The notes beneath the pieces were generated by a model. It saw nothing but the letters and a program-made list of their open reading frames with translations, made no database searches and was not told the DNA's origin. DNA of 64,000 nucleotides from Oopsacas minuta (lineage: Eukaryota; Animalia; Porifera). The DNA is taken from NCBI GenBank assembly GCA_024704765.1, contig JAKMXF010000321.1:558001-622000 (forward strand), given 5' to 3'. Positions 11,743-26,045 of the stretch are shown one piece after another; the stretch's first letter is position 1; each line of letters begins with the position of its first letter. A program made the position numbers and the translations under genes.

Positions 11743-13770
11743 ATGGAGGTAAACAGTGCAGTTAGTTTCGAGTCAATGGGTTTAGATCCCAGACTTTTGA
11801 AATCAGTTTATAAGATGAGTTGGATTGTTCCTACCCCTGTACAATCCCAAGGTATTCCCCTTGCATTAGAAGGCAATGATATTCTCACAAAAGCAAAGAC
11901 AGGATCAGGTAAAACAGCAGTATATCTGATACCTATAATTCACAAGATTTTAACGAAAAATGGCTACGGCATAAGGGCTGTTGTTATTGTTCCATCTAAA
12001 GAGTTGAGTAGACAGGTTTGTTGTCAGACTAAAGATTTGAGTTATGCCTGTAGTAGAGAGGTTAAAGTTCTTGACTTGATTGCTAACGGTACTAAGGAGC
12101 AAGTTATGTTTCAAGAGCCAAATATAATAGTAGGTTAGCGAATATATTTTCAGCTTCCAAATTGAAATATTTTACATCTTCGTGGAATATAATTTGGTTA
12201 TTGGAAATAAATAATATTGAAGTAATTTCAACAAGTTTCTTTGTGCTAGGCAACTGTTAATTAGAAACTTGTTTCAGCTCCATTCTCCACCGCCCCGAAG
12301 TTGATCTGCTGCATGAATATTAGCAATTTACCATTTTAGAATTTTTGTCATTCATTATACTAACTGGTGACTTTTAGTGATATTTCACCGTCCTGCTTTA
12401 ATTCCCATATTTCGAAGTAGAGTCATTGAAATATTTCGTATTATCGATAATGTCATAAATAATGATAATGAAATGGCTCTCGCATGCTTAGATGGACATC
12501 ATGTGGAGCTGAAACAAGTTTCTCATTAACAGGGGCCTTATATCATAAATTTCTATCTTAAGGTACTCCTAGTAAGCTTGCTTCCTTGCTAAGATCAAAC
12601 GCTATCAACCTAAGCTCTTTAGAATGTCTAGCCATAGACGAAGCAGATCTCATATTCTCATTTGGATACGAGAAAGATTTTAGAAGTGTTATAACACATC
12701 TCCCAAAGATTTATCAATGTTTTTTAATGTCAGCTACTTTTAGTGCTGATGTTAAAATCCTAAAGAAACTTGTCTTACACAATCCTATAACTCTTAAATT
12801 AAAGGACACAGACCTACCTCAAGAAGATAAACTGACACAATCTTATATCAGAGCGGAGAGAAATGATAAATTTCTTCTAATATACGCGCTTATAAAACTA
12901 AATTTGCTTCAAGGAAAATCTCTCATTTTTGTAAATACAATTGATAGCTGTTATAATCTGAAATTATTTCTGGAAAAATTCTCAATTCGTTCTTGTGTAT
13001 TGAATTCAGAATTGCCACAGAATTCGAGACTCCACATAATCGAAGAATTTAATAAAGATGTCTATGAGATTATAATAGCTACTGACGATAGTGTTACAAT
13101 ACAAAATCAAACTGCTAATAAACCGAGTAAGAAATCCAGAAAAGATATGGAATATTCTGTTTCGAGAGGTGTTGATTTTCAGAACATAAAAAATGTGATA
13201 AATTTCGATTTCCCAACTACAGTAGAAAAGTATATTCACAGAATAGGCCGCACTGCTAGAGGAACGAATTCAGGAACAGCTCTGTCATTCGTTAGTTCAA
13301 AAGAAGAGAGTTATCTTCAACAATTAGAAGAGAGACTCAGTAAAAACGGAGAAGTTATTTTGAAATCCTACCAATTCAAAATGTCTGAAATAGATACTTT
13401 TAAGTATCGTGTTAACGGTGTTATGAAATCTATAACAAAGCTAGCGATTAGAAACGCTAGAGTGAAAGAAATTAAAACTGAAATATTTAATTCTGCGAAA
13501 CTACAAACTTATTTTGAAGATAATCCCCGTGATCTTGAGGTATTACGTCATGACAAGCACTTACAGCCGAAACAGATAGAATCATCAATGAAATATATTC
13601 CCCCTTATTTAGTGCCCAAATCTATGAAAGCTACATTCTCCAGTTCTACTTCTAGGAAGAAACAGAGAGCTCGCCCTTTCACATCTCGCTCTAAACAGTT
13701 GAAAAGAGGGAGACATAATCCTTTGAAAAGTTTATCTCTCCGTAAAACGACCGTACGGAAGCATAAGTAG
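11743..13770 (+). CDS. DDX56: DEAD-box RNA helicase DDX56/Dbp9, 532 aa; join(11743..12133,12563..13770)
   Basis: Q motif (PTPVQ), AKTGSGKT, DEAD, SAT, SRGVDF and HRIGRTAR. C-terminal NSAKLQTYFEDNPRDLEVLRHDK is characteristic of DDX56. Confidence 0.95.
12249..12537. mobile_element. Tourist-like MITE T1, in the DDX56 intron
   Basis: About 35-bp TIRs GGCAACTGTTAATTAGAAACTTGTTTCAGCTCCA / TGGAGCTGAAACAAGTTTCTCATTAACAGGGGCC; flanks CTA/TTA. Confidence 0.88.
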
Positions 13771-13931
13771 AGTTTAATATATATTTGTAGCTCTGTCAAT
13801 TAGAAATGTATCTTATCATATATCTTTCCTGTAATATAATCAACGAATCGCGCATTACCCCAATATTTCTAGCTTTGTATTCAATTAATCAATCATTTTC
13901 AACAGTAATTGTTCGCACTTCCAATCTACTA

Positions 13932-14081
13932 CAGTCAACTCCCCCTTATATCAAAATCTGAGATTACAAATATGGTCCCATATCATCGAAGTACCATATA
14001 TTTCATTGGCTATATCGATCTCCGCTTATATCGGAGTAATTTTCGCTGTCCATCGAGCTTCGACATAACGGAACCTGACTG
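13932..14081. mobile_element. Tigger/pogo-like MITE family (CAGTCAACTCCCGTTATATCGAA ends)
   Basis: TA-flanked left end, imperfect TIR, shared core TACAAATATGGTCC. Confidence 0.75.
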
Positions 14082-14208
14082 ACAAAGAATATTACAGTAA
14101 TACATTTTAATGAGATCAAATAAAACGACAATACAGTTAATATACGTATTTATCACGAGCAACTAACGATAAGATAATCCTTATTAACTAATTCGAAATG
14201 ACTAATGC

Positions 14209-17200
14209 CTAGCTAGACTGGCTAAGATTCTGTTTCTTATTTTGCCTCCTCTCTCTATAGAGATCATGTACAGGGGGAGACTCTCCGTCTATTTCATGGT
14301 CAGGATGGATTCGTTTCGTTGTTTTTGGTTTTTCTTCGAACTTTAGCGTATCAATACTATTCAGGAAAATATCTGTTGAGTAAAAGTATGGTTAATAAAT
14401 ACAAGTAGAAGTGTTATTCCCTGGATCAAATACAGTAGAACCTCGTAAACCCGAATTTGGCATAATATTGGTACAATCTTATAGAAACTGTATAGAATTT
14501 TATCATATACCGAATAATTACCTGGATCATGAGGGAAGTCTGTTTGTGCTATCTTCCTCATAAGCTCGTCTACTTTAACGAATGGACCATGGAAACAAGT
14601 AGGAGGAGGTAGTTTGCTGAGTAGGTCTGTGAGACTCTCTGGTATAGGCGTTACACCTCCTGCATGTGTTAACAATCCAACACCTAATTGGTGGTAAAGT
14701 AGTACCATGTATTAACAACATTTTGTATATACAGTGGTGTTCGATTGTTAGCAACTGTTTTCATGGATGTATATAGTGCATTTTTGTATGATAAATTATT
14801 CGCGCATAATAGCAATTCGCGTAGAATTACCAGCTAAATTTAACGCTGTTTTTGTGCAAAGCATGTGTAAATACCGGTTTCTACCATATTAGCGAGGAAA
14901 ACGCATTCAAAATACAATTTGCTAATACGGGAACTCCACTGTAATTATCTTTATTGCATTACCTGGAGCAGCTGATGGTCTATACGGTCTCATATGTCTT
15001 ACATCAGGTTTGTATATGTGAGATTCATAACTACTCTCTGATACACTACCTGATACACTCAGGCCCTTAACTCCAACTTCCAACTGTCCACTACGACTCT
15101 ACAAAACCTCATTTTAATATCATAACATACAATATAATGTACGTCATAATATCAATAAATATAAGCTGGAATTTCTAAAGCTTTCCTGTTGCAATTTCTA
15201 CATTATTATTATGAACCGTTAATGCCGCGGTTCCTAACCTTTCCCCCACCATGGACTCCCTATACCATTTGTACAAATTCTGTAGACTCCTGCTGTCGTC
15301 CGTGGACCACCAAGAGGCCCACGGACCGCAGGTTCGGAACGATGTATTAACGAAAAGAGTATAACTTGCCCTATATTTCATAACTTTTAGCTCGTTTTCA
15401 GCGCATGGATATAAATCTAAGTATTTGTATCTGTCCACAACAGCAGTAGCTTCTTTCTCTTTCATTCTCTACATACCCAATATAGTACATTCATTCATTC
15501 ATTCATTTACACATAACTACTCCATGAACAGGTTACCTACCTCAGGGAGCAGTTCTTCTAGAGATTCGAACCTTCTCTTCTCTACCTTGAGGAGACTTGT
15601 CAGGTCACCAATATTATTCTCAAATTCATAGAATTTATCCCAAATTTCTCTAAGAGAAAGATTGAATATTTTATTGTGCATTTATTCACCTCAAAATGTT
15701 TTACATACCCAGTTTGTTCAGGTGGTACTTGAGATAATGCTTTCTCGAATAAAACTCTTGCATTATTCTCATCTATACTTACAACAAATATATTAAATAT
15801 ATAAATAAGCCAATTATTTACATTTCTGATATTATTCTAACCGTTTAAATGTGTTAGGAAGTCTAAATAGGCTAAAACGTATGTAGATTCAGCTCCGAAT
15901 TTCTATAAATTAGATTACAATCAAATATCAGGACACAATATATAAATTCAAAATTTATCATATACCTTCAGTCCCAAATCAAATATCTTTAGTGCTGTTA
16001 TTGTTAGCTAAATATAAACAAGCAAATATGTATACAAATAATACAATACTATGTTCCTAGGCCAGTAACACACAATTTGCAATATTTACAGTCAAATCCC
16101 GTTATATCGAAGCTCAAGGAACCAAGATATAATCGATGTGATATAAAAATCAGCTGGGACCATATTTGTACAAGACTTTAATATAAGCGGGTATTCAATA
16201 AATCTGTGTCCAGTGTAACGGGAGTTGACTGTAGATACTATCCTAATATTTATCTTTAAACTAACTTTGCTAGAATAATACTCCATCAGTGCAGCAGCAA
16301 TATACACCTAGACAATCGCTTAATAATATGATTGATACAATCTGATAACCTTACGAGCTAATACAACATACATGATGTTTGCTTTTAGTATCTTTTCTAG
16401 CTCGATGGAACACTACACGGGCTCCTTGTATACCTTCAACTCGTCTAGCGAATTTCATATACTGTATGTATATCTAGGAATTGTAATAGGTGAACAGATT
16501 ATTCGAAATGTTTATAATATACAAAATACGGCTTTACTCTTCACTAATGCAAAAAGATGACGTAATTTCGTAAAAAAGTTGTTATTTCAAACCAATATTT
16601 TTCAGAAATATTGTTGCTAGTCATTTTCACATTCTCCCATAAGCTATTCTTGTAATTACTTGCATTATTTGACTTACAAGTGTTGGATCCAATTCTTCAT
16701 TTTCCAAACCTTTTTCATATATCTTATGAACCTTTTCGTATTTCATTCTACCCTAAATATTGAATACGAGAATAATCTGTGTTGCCCCGAATACCAGAAT
16801 ATGTACTACACATAATATTAATAAACCCATTAACAATACCTACTGCAGTATACTAGTCGCTGTAACAACATTTCCCCTAAAATTATGGACAAGAACGAGT
16901 AGACTGTATTGGCTGTTTTCTCGGCTAATATGCTACCAACATAATTTAGAGATAGCTGGTATCAATAATACCAACACATGACTCCGATTCACAACACTAT
17001 GATCATGCTTATATCACATAATGTCTGTGATAATTGTTAATCAATATTATAACATTACTAGGTAGATCACTCTGTAAAAACGTATCTGCTGTGAAGTTAT
17101 AAATCCTCCCACCAATCCCACTCAATTCCCAAAATATTTAATTTCTCCACCCCCAAACCTTCCCTCCTTTCTCCACTAAAACCTAACTCGTAAATCCCAA

Positions 17201-20200
17201 ATAATCACAACACCAAACACTCTTAAAATCAGTAATTCAGTTAAGTTATAAAATTGCTTGAATCTACTGGTAAGTGTTTTCACTGTGTTGTAGAGAATAA
17301 CTGAATTTATTACTTCTTCATAGTCTGAGTAAGCAAAGTAGAGTAATAGACTATCTGGTAGGAAATGAGAGATGGACCGTTCGTACCAGTTTGCCACTTC
17401 TTCTGCCATCTGATTGCTGTGAATTGGTTCCTACAGGTTCAATATTATCTCAATTACCGTGATTAGTAATTTTACATTACATAACAATGCAATATATTCA
17501 AATCACTATGCAACTCCAATTTACGCCAAACCATGAGATATACTTGCTAGCATATTTTGGCCGTTTTGTTAGCTAAATTTCTAAAATTAATCAAGTGACG
17601 CCACCTTACACATGCACACAAACATACCGAATTTTAGATTTGTAGCTCTTTCAATCAACCAATACGAAAATGTAATATTAATTTGTAAAATTACTACAGT
17701 TACACTGCTGTATACATCCAATTAATACAACGAATAATAATAATAATAAAATCTAATTTATCCAATAAATCTATTTATACCCCTCTCTCAGCCATGAACT
17801 TGCTTCTGGACTCTAAGTACTGAGCAGCTTCATACCATATATGGGTATGATAAGGGAACACCAGTAGACACTGTTCATACGCGAACATTACTACAAATAA
17901 TTTCAATAATAACCAGCACTTTTATTTTATATTTGTGTATATTTAGTAAAAATTGGCCGAACTCTCACCTCGTTTCGTTAACGTTACCATATCGTCTGTT
18001 TGCAGTACGTTAGATTTCTCCCAGTTTATATAGGATTTCCACAAATCAATCTATGAATGGAAAACTAAAATTTTTGAGTTTATTGCAAACTATATTAACC
18101 TGTTGCAATTCCTTGGGATTGCCTGTTGGTGGGGTTGGAGGACCATTCTTATTGAGAGATCTGTAATCTGTCTCGAATGCCTTGGCAGTTCTTCTAGCAG
18201 CCATTTGGACTCGTGTCTTATCTTCAATGAATTTCTTTGCCAAACTTTGATTGCAACCCTTCAAACATTAAATAATTAGGATTGCATACCATTATCATAA
18301 TGTATTCGATGTGAATATCCGATTTTAATTGAAGCTAATCGTGATTGATTTCAAAATTTATAAGCAAGTTGGGTGGGTATTTCCCTAAGGGATCATTCAA
18401 AGTTACGTAACATAAATTTTCCTAATTTTGGTCCCCTCTCCTCCCTGTGTCATACATTTGACCGTTCTGTAATACAAAATAATGGGGCTGTCACACTTTG
18501 CATATCACCCCTTTCTTGTCCTTGGTAGCGTTACGTAACTTTTGAACGGCCCTAATATGAAATAAAATTTGAATTTGCCAACTCAAAACAATTATATATT
18601 ACCTCTACCTCTGTCTAAACCAATACTATATGAAACACTCTACATACCGTTTCGAAATCACTGTAAGATTTCCATATATTCTCAACCCCCTGTAACGCAG
18701 TAGCAATAGCTCTCTAAACAATAAATCACAATAATTATACGGTAGTTTCCAATAGATACTGATAATTAGCATTTTATTAGCATATTGGATACCTGATAGG
18801 TTTTCCTTAACTGGTTAGTCTTTTGGGTTTCAGCAAAAGTCCCTGTGCAATCACTATAAATATACAGTGCCAGCTTAAAGTATGCATGATACAATTTCTA
18901 TTTCTATTAGTTTCAGTCAATTGTTGAAAAATAGTAAGTTATCACATTTATTTCTGTATTTATACAAATTGGAAGCCAATTCCCTTCTGGGTTATAATTG
19001 CAATCTCACCTTGTTTTCAAAAAGTGGATGAAATCTTTCCAGATCTGTGTGAAGCGAAAAAGGAGATAGATAAATTATTTTATCTCTACGTAACTTTAGC
19101 ATTAATTAATATTTCTAACAATACTTACTGAGCCTCAATTCTTGTTTATACGTTTGCGAATATGTACCCCAGTGGCGTAGCCACATCCGGGTAACTGACT
19201 GTCGTGCCCGGGCAATATTTCTAAAAATATGTTTGTAACTGCTTTAAGCAAATTATTTCTACTTAATAATAAACCGTTTTGTTGTGTTTCGATACTCTCA
19301 ATAATTTCCATATTCATTATCTCAATTCAATTCGTATTATGTTTTTACTGTTTAAACCCACTCGTATTCTTCATTTTATTATTCTTATTATGGCATACAT
19401 TGTATGTGTGGTCTAAATCCAATCTTGTCCGTGTGCCCGGGCAAAATCACTCAAGGCTGGCTACGCCACTGATGTACCCTTATGTTCTTATTAGGCTAAC
19501 TAATTTCTCAAAAAAATGTTCAAACTAGACTAATTGATTGTAACTTGCAATAATCTCCCAAAATTTCAGACTAATCCCTACAAGTTACAGTGGAACCTGG
19601 TTAATACGCATATACGAACACGGTTAATACGAATTTCCATATAAAACGAACAAATATTTATATAAAATCAGGTACATACGATATTTATTAAATTGGTATT
19701 ATTCCGGTTAATATGAAGTCAGGATAAAGAGAACAAATTTTGGTCGTCATTTGTGTTCGTATTAACGAGGTTCCCATGTATATAACCCCTCTATAAATGA
19801 TTAATTTCGAAATAGTCGATGCATATGTCACCTGACCAAATGTATAATGTATTGACAAACTTACAGAAGTAGAGTTCATGTCCAAACCAACATTGTCTAA
19901 AGCGAATTCATAAGCTTTTGTAAGCTTCTCCCTGTTCAGAATAAAATACAATAATAAACATGGACACAATATTCGTTATATGAAGTGCAGCTACGAATCC
20001 AGTTACTATCAAATGAATGAATACATTTATTTGTATATTGGCCAATTTCCTATTTATGGTTTTACCTGTAATTGGAGAGCTCCCTCTTAACATCACGTAC
20101 ATAATTCACATAGCATTTCCATAAGTCAATATGTAACACTCTTTTCAAACATCTTTGAAACAACTACGGGTAGTAGATGGGTTAACCCATAGCTTAATTA

Positions 20201-22827
20201 TCAACATTACGTAATTGTATGGTTACCTTTTCGACCTTATCGTAGTTTCTATGTCCCATCTATTGAATCAAATAGAATAGTATAATAATGATGTAATAAT
20301 GTATAGTGCCATTTCTATAATGTTAGATACTAATTCATGACTGTTGTTATGCATTATAATGTATGTATAAGATATTTGATGACCGATTTACTATTTGAGA
20401 GAGAATATTAATTTAGAGTGCTGAGATGAACCAGCTGTGGGGTTTATTCAGAGCATTAAGCGTTCCTCATTTTTGGAGCGCACTCCCGCTCCCGCTCCTG
20501 AAAATGGAGCGCGCTCCTTTTCATTCTTCTTGAATTGGACCATTGTACATTCGGAAAATTGCTAAAATGTACACGTCAAACCCATCTCAATAAATAAGTA
20601 TTAATGTGAATTATGAAAAAGTGACCCAAACCATATTTATAGCAACAAGAGTGAATTTTATGCAGAATAACGATGAAATGTAAATAGTTTGCTATTAAAT
20701 AGGAGCATGCTCCGGTGTATCCGGTCCTCAAAAATGGGTCATTGCTCCACCCTTCATTCTTTTTTCTTAAATTGAGCGCATTCTAGGTTCCTCTCCTCAA
20801 AATAGGAGCGCGCTTCTTTAATGCTCTGGGTATATTCTTGATGGCCTTGTCAAAAGCTACTGTGAGGTCGAACTCTGCAATATTGCTTCTATTTTAAATG
20901 CAGAACACGATATATACCAGTAGTGGAGGAGTATGCGGAGCCATGACCCACCACCTTTTCGTGCAGATGAGTATTAGGAACTCCCTTAAGTGATTGGATT
21001 CTGTTATAACGCGTGTATTGTAGCTTTCTATCTCGCCAATATATTGCAAAAGTAATGTATTCGAGGGTTTTCTGTTATCATATCATAACCAGATATAGTT
21101 TGCGCCTAACACTCAAAATTTGATTCCTACGCCCCCTGCCCCTGTATACATGATGATACCACGATATGATATTTATAAGATTTTGGGAGCTATTCCCGTT
21201 CTCAATTGATTTGCAACTAAAAAAAATTACTTCCTGCATTTTGAAATGGCAGAAGTGAATTAAACGGATAAAACTATACATTTAGGGAAATCAAGCGGAT
21301 GGTAGCCCACTTTCTAGGAGCTATAGGAATGTACTCAAAGGAACCGTTTGAAATATGTTTCTTTGAGATTAACTAATAAAATACTTCACCAAAATTGAAC
21401 ATCAGATGAAAAGTGTTAAGAACATTGCCTTTCCAGCGGTACCGCGTACTTCTATACACTTCAGTGTTTTCCAATATTGTTGGCAATGTACATTTATCAT
21501 TTTTCCTGACCCAGAATTGCAATCAGTGCAAAATAGTACTTCTCCCGAATCCCACGATTGGGAAATTTCACGTTTGAGAGCCTTGCACTATAGCAGGTTA
21601 TACTATCTGTAATAACCCGAATAATGTTCCTTGTATTAAATCCCTATTTCAAATTTACAACCATAAGTTCCCCCAAATAATCCATCCTTCCCAACATGTT
21701 CAGTAATATAAAACATATCACAACACATACAAAGAGAATATACAATAGAATTGTAATCAGATGCATGACCAGGGTTACCATTATTAGAATTGAATTAATA
21801 CATTAATGTAACTCCACCTCATGTTCTATGTAAGTCTTCCAGAATCTTCCACATGTAGGGAACTGTATTACAAGCTTCTCAAACAATATTCGAGCTCTTG
21901 AGCTGTGCTGGCCCTAGAAATAACAAGTTTGGATAATTGTAATCTATAAGTTATTTTATACGTATAATTATTCCTCCAACTTTTCCGTAGGAAACGGTCC
22001 GGTTGGTCAGGTTTCAACCTGACTAATTGAAATCTGCTTGCTACGGCCTTGTCCAATTACGTAGGTTAAATTCGACATAGCTAGCTACCATATGTCACAG
22101 TGTTATAAGGGTTTTTAATAAATTTAACGGAATTCCTTTCATTCCTAGAAATTGTCCCGCGGACATTAATCTCTAGATGTTATAAGAATAGTATTATTAG
22201 AGTATAGTGGACCACTAGCTATTCACTGACATACTGGGTTTCCGTTACAATCCTACGTCAAAATTAGAATCATTATCAGAGACATAGTTGGGAGTAAAGC
22301 TAAATATAGCGAGGAACATATTACCTGTTTACCTTCCCAATCCCACTCAAACTAGGAATTAAGATTATTACAGTGAAACCTCCACACACGGGGTTCCAGA
22401 GACGCCGAAAAATACTACCATTACCACGTTTCACCGTTTCCATAGATCGTTTGTGGAGGTTTCACTGTATTAATTAAGATCCCACTATATACCTGTGCTT
22501 CTCTTATCAATATACCCCAGGCATCAATATCATATGGGTTAGATTTCAGTTTGCCTTCAGCACGCTGTCCTTCTGCTGTAGTAGACCAGGGCTGAGATAG
22601 GTCAGTTACCTAGGAGGAGACATGATACAACTATTTTTGTAAGTACAAAATTATCAGGAATAAACACTAACATCTTTTCCTAATTTCTTTGTGAAGAAAT
22701 CACTTCCTTGATGCATTGGTTGAGTTTGTGTTACAACCTGAGGTTGTAACGGTACTACTAGTGGTGGGGGAGCTTGCTCCACTTGCATTGGCTGTTGTTG
22801 TTGTTCAGGGGTCGAAATTGTCGCCAT
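14209..22827 (-). CDS. CSTF3: Cleavage stimulation factor 77 kDa subunit (Suppressor of forked), roughly 20 exons
   Basis: Minus-strand exons read in order: [16 protein letters not shown] (about 22493-22609), [22 protein letters not shown] (about 21820-21917), NYDKVEK (about 20227-20259), [51 protein letters not shown] and [12 protein letters not shown]-stop (14209). The start ([12 protein letters not shown], 22827) is less certain. Confidence 0.93.
16089..16231. mobile_element. Tigger/pogo-like MITE, in a CSTF3 intron
   Basis: TA|CAGTCAAATCCCGTTA ... TAACGGGAGTTGACTG|TA. Confidence 0.85.
18389..18552. mobile_element. Second Harbinger-like MITE, in a CSTF3 intron
   Basis: TAA|GGGATCATTCAAAGTTACGTAAC ... 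GTTACGTAACTTTTGAACGGCCC|TAA. Confidence 0.8.
19170..19471. mobile_element. hAT-type MITE with perfect 8-bp TSD
   Basis: ATGTACCC|CAGTGGCGTAGCCA ... TGGCTACGCCACTG|ATGTACCC. Confidence 0.92.
20449..20828. mobile_element. hAT-type MITE with subterminal GGAGCG repeats
   Basis: GGTTTATT|CAGAGCATTAA ... TTAATGCTCTG|GGTATATT (8-bp TSD, one mismatch). Confidence 0.88.
22371..22467. mobile_element. Tc1/pogo-type MITE, same family as 5444
   Basis: TA|CAGTGAAACCTCCACA ... TGTGGAGGTTTCACTG|TA. Confidence 0.85.
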
Positions 22828-23029
22828 ATGATCTACGTTCTCACACTCTTAAATTTTCTAATACAAATGTAAATAGTAGAAAGTTATCAAGCAAAGTTAT
22901 GGAACATATTTTCTCTTTTCGCATATTCTTCCAATTTCAAAACGGTTAGAGTTGTTTGAGGGAGGAAAGTTGAGGTTTCACCTTGTAGAAAATACGAAGA
23001 ATGAGAATTAGCTTAGAGAAAGTAGAGAG

Positions 23030-23031
<2 letters not shown>

Positions 23032-23062
<31 letters not shown>
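23032..23062 (+). repeat. (GT)15 microsatellite upstream of CSTF3
   Basis: Read directly from the sequence. Confidence 0.98.
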
Positions 23063-23063
<1 letters not shown>

Positions 23064-24884
23064 CTACAAACGAGAATAATTCATAATACAATTACCTTGC
23101 TATTTGTAGTCATATAACTCGTGTATAGGCTCAGTGCGAGCCTGACTAAGGATTCTACAATCTACTCTTATAGTATTATAGTAGGTTGTTTATGAAGTTG
23201 AATCCTAATTTGTATTTATTTATTTATTATTTTGCTTTCTTTGAGAATACAGTCTAGTCTGTCGAACACGGAAATATCGAAGAATGAAATCGTATAAATA
23301 ATAATATGGTCACAAACAGGTGTCAAAGGGAATCCTGTTTCTCCGAGTGTTTCCCCTTGGTGAATATTGTGAAACAGGATTCCCTACGGAATACTTGTTC
23401 CCGTTTCCTTGACCCGCGTACGTGTTGCTAAGTGTTTCTAACTCACTATTTTGGTGATTGAATTGAATTTTGATTGGATTACCTAACTAGATAGCATTTA
23501 GCCGAGGATATGAGCATTTCTAACTCATTATTTGGATAGCCTATGTGTATTTTCATTAGATTATCTTTGGATCTTGGTCCTGCGAGGTGGCTGGAAGTTC
23601 TTTAACCCGCGTACGTGTTGCTAAGTGTACAAGGGGAAACTACTCCGAGAACCAGAGTTTCCTGCGGAATGATGTTTCCCTAAACATCATTCATTAGTGG
23701 ATAATGTCTAATTGTTTATTATGATGTAATTAGCGGTTCTATCGACCTTCGATATATCGGGAGTTTACTGTAACATTCATTGTTGAGGTGTGTTACTATA
23801 GAATATCGAATAGAATACGAAATTACGATGCTTTGACTAGTTACGGGACGACATTATGAGTTTTACGTAGAACTATAGGGAATGATGACACTGAATGTTC
23901 CACATAACGGATAGGACAATACAATTTCCAAGAATGTTGACTTATTTATTTTGCCAAATTCTTTTATAAGAGCAATGCCTTCTAGAATGCCCTTTCCCTC
24001 TTTTCTTAGCATTATTTTCCTGATTTTGGCATGTGGAAAATACATTGATGGGTGTTAGGACGTGTTCTACCCTGTTTCCATCCATCCTTACCCTGAAAGT
24101 TTCCTGGTGTGGGGTACTATACCGTCTATTCGGGTTCTTTTGAGAAGGCATTTCCCCTGAGACCTAATACTCTCCAGCATGCATTGTCATGTATGCCCCC
24201 TTAGAGCCTAAACTCAATATCTCTTAAATATATGCAAGATTTCAATCAGTATTATTACACGGCAATATTATCTCAAATCTTATAATGTGGTGATCGCCTA
24301 TTGGCAATTCCATACTCGCCAACCTTCCAGGATGCCTGGATTATCCCGGGATTTGACGTGATATCCAGGGAACTTTTGAAAATCTCGGGATCAAGATAAT
24401 ATCCAGAGAAATTGTTAGAAAGGATACGCAAGTATGCAATTCCACTATAAGTATTTCTCATACACAGAACCCAGAAAATTCCCATTGGAATTTCCAATCA
24501 TAGTGGCTTTGCTTTGCTCACTCCATTTCTAGTCTAATCTGGAATTAAATATTCCTTATCCAAATTAGGCTATTGAGCTTGCAATAAATCTGATTTGCTT
24601 TGAGTACTAAGAACAAGTTCAAATATTAAATCATACTTTTATCCTTGTAAGGAAGTAAGTACATTTACTATCTAACTTTTTAATAGAATCATTTCTCAGC
24701 AATATGATGTAACTTTTGCTTCGTATATAATCTTTGGACATATAAATTCAATGTTTGTGCAACTAATTCTTACAGATAATATTACCACAAATAAGCATTA
24801 GATAATAAGTATCGAGTAGGCGATTGAACTATAAACTCATTTGTTTTACATTTATCAAATACAAAGTATATTGTAGAGATTAAA

Positions 24885-25766
24885 ATGGCAAAAGCTTACG
24901 ATTTTCTATTCAAACTTCTTCTTATTGGGGACAGCGGTGTAGGGAAAACCTGTGTACTTTTTCGGTTCTCAGAAGATGCATTCAACTCCACATTCATATC
25001 AACTATTGGGATTGACTTCAAGATACGGACGATAGACTTAGATGGGAAAAAAATAAAATTACAAATTTGGGATACAGGTAATCATTATACTTAATTACTA
25101 TTCTACGTACGTCTTTATAAATACAGTTAACTCCAGTTATATCGAACACGGATCTATAGAAATACCCGCTTATATCGAAGCCTTAAATTGTACAAATATG
25201 GTCCTAAACCGTCAAAGTAACTTGAATTTCATCGATTCTATGGCTTATTTCGAAATAATTATCGCGGTCCCATGAGCTTCGAATTATAATCGGAGTTGAC
25301 TGTAGCCTGTTTATTTATTACAATCTCTCTAGCCGGTCAAGAGAGATTCAGAACTATTACAACAGCTTACTACCGTGGGGCAATGGGTATCATGCTAGTG
25401 TATGACATTACGAATGAAAAGACATTCGACAATATAAAGCATTGGATAAGAAATATAGATGAGCACGCAGCTCATGACGTAGAGAGAATGATAATCGGAA
25501 ACAAATCAGATCTAGATGATCGTCGAAAAGTCCCCAAACAGAGAGGAGAGATGCTAGCTGTTGAGTACGGTATCAAGTTTATGGAGACTAGCGCAAAATC
25601 TTCCACCAATGTTGAAGAGGCGTTTTTCGAACTCGCAAGGGACATCAAAAATAAAATGGACAAATCAAGCATCCGTATGAATAGCAACTCTGTTAAACCA
25701 GACAGACTAACCAGGCTAGACGCACCGGAGAAGAAGGAGAGAAAATATTTCTGTCGTTTTTTCTAA
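24885..25766 (+). CDS. RAB8: Rab8 small GTPase, 208 aa; join(24885..25077,25333..25766)
   Basis: [66 protein letters not shown]. Ends in the CaaX-type CRFF, as Rab8 does. Confidence 0.93.
25124..25302. mobile_element. Tigger/pogo-like MITE, in the RAB8 intron
   Basis: TA|CAGTTAACTCC ... GGAGTTGACTG|TA; interior matches the copy at 26046. Confidence 0.85.
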
Positions 25767-26045
25767 AATAATTTTCTCATAGAATCTATTGAAACTATGT
25801 TGAAACTGACTGACTTAATTAGTGATTTGTTTATGATGTAATTTTCAAATACTCTTCTTTGCGTGACTTTTCTGTCCCAGAATTCTAACTTGAAGATCTG
25901 ATAATTGTTCTCTCTGTTTATTACATTATATATATATAATTATAGTCAAGTGTATTTGTTAGTAAGTTAGCGCTCTAGATGTGAAATGCCATTATTCGGG
26001 TCTTTTAACTGTCTACATTCAAGTAATTTGAGTTATGCAGGCATA

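Noticed and set aside
23863-24151. Short minus-strand ORFs between CSTF3 and RAB8
   Set aside because: No family motif recognised in any frame.
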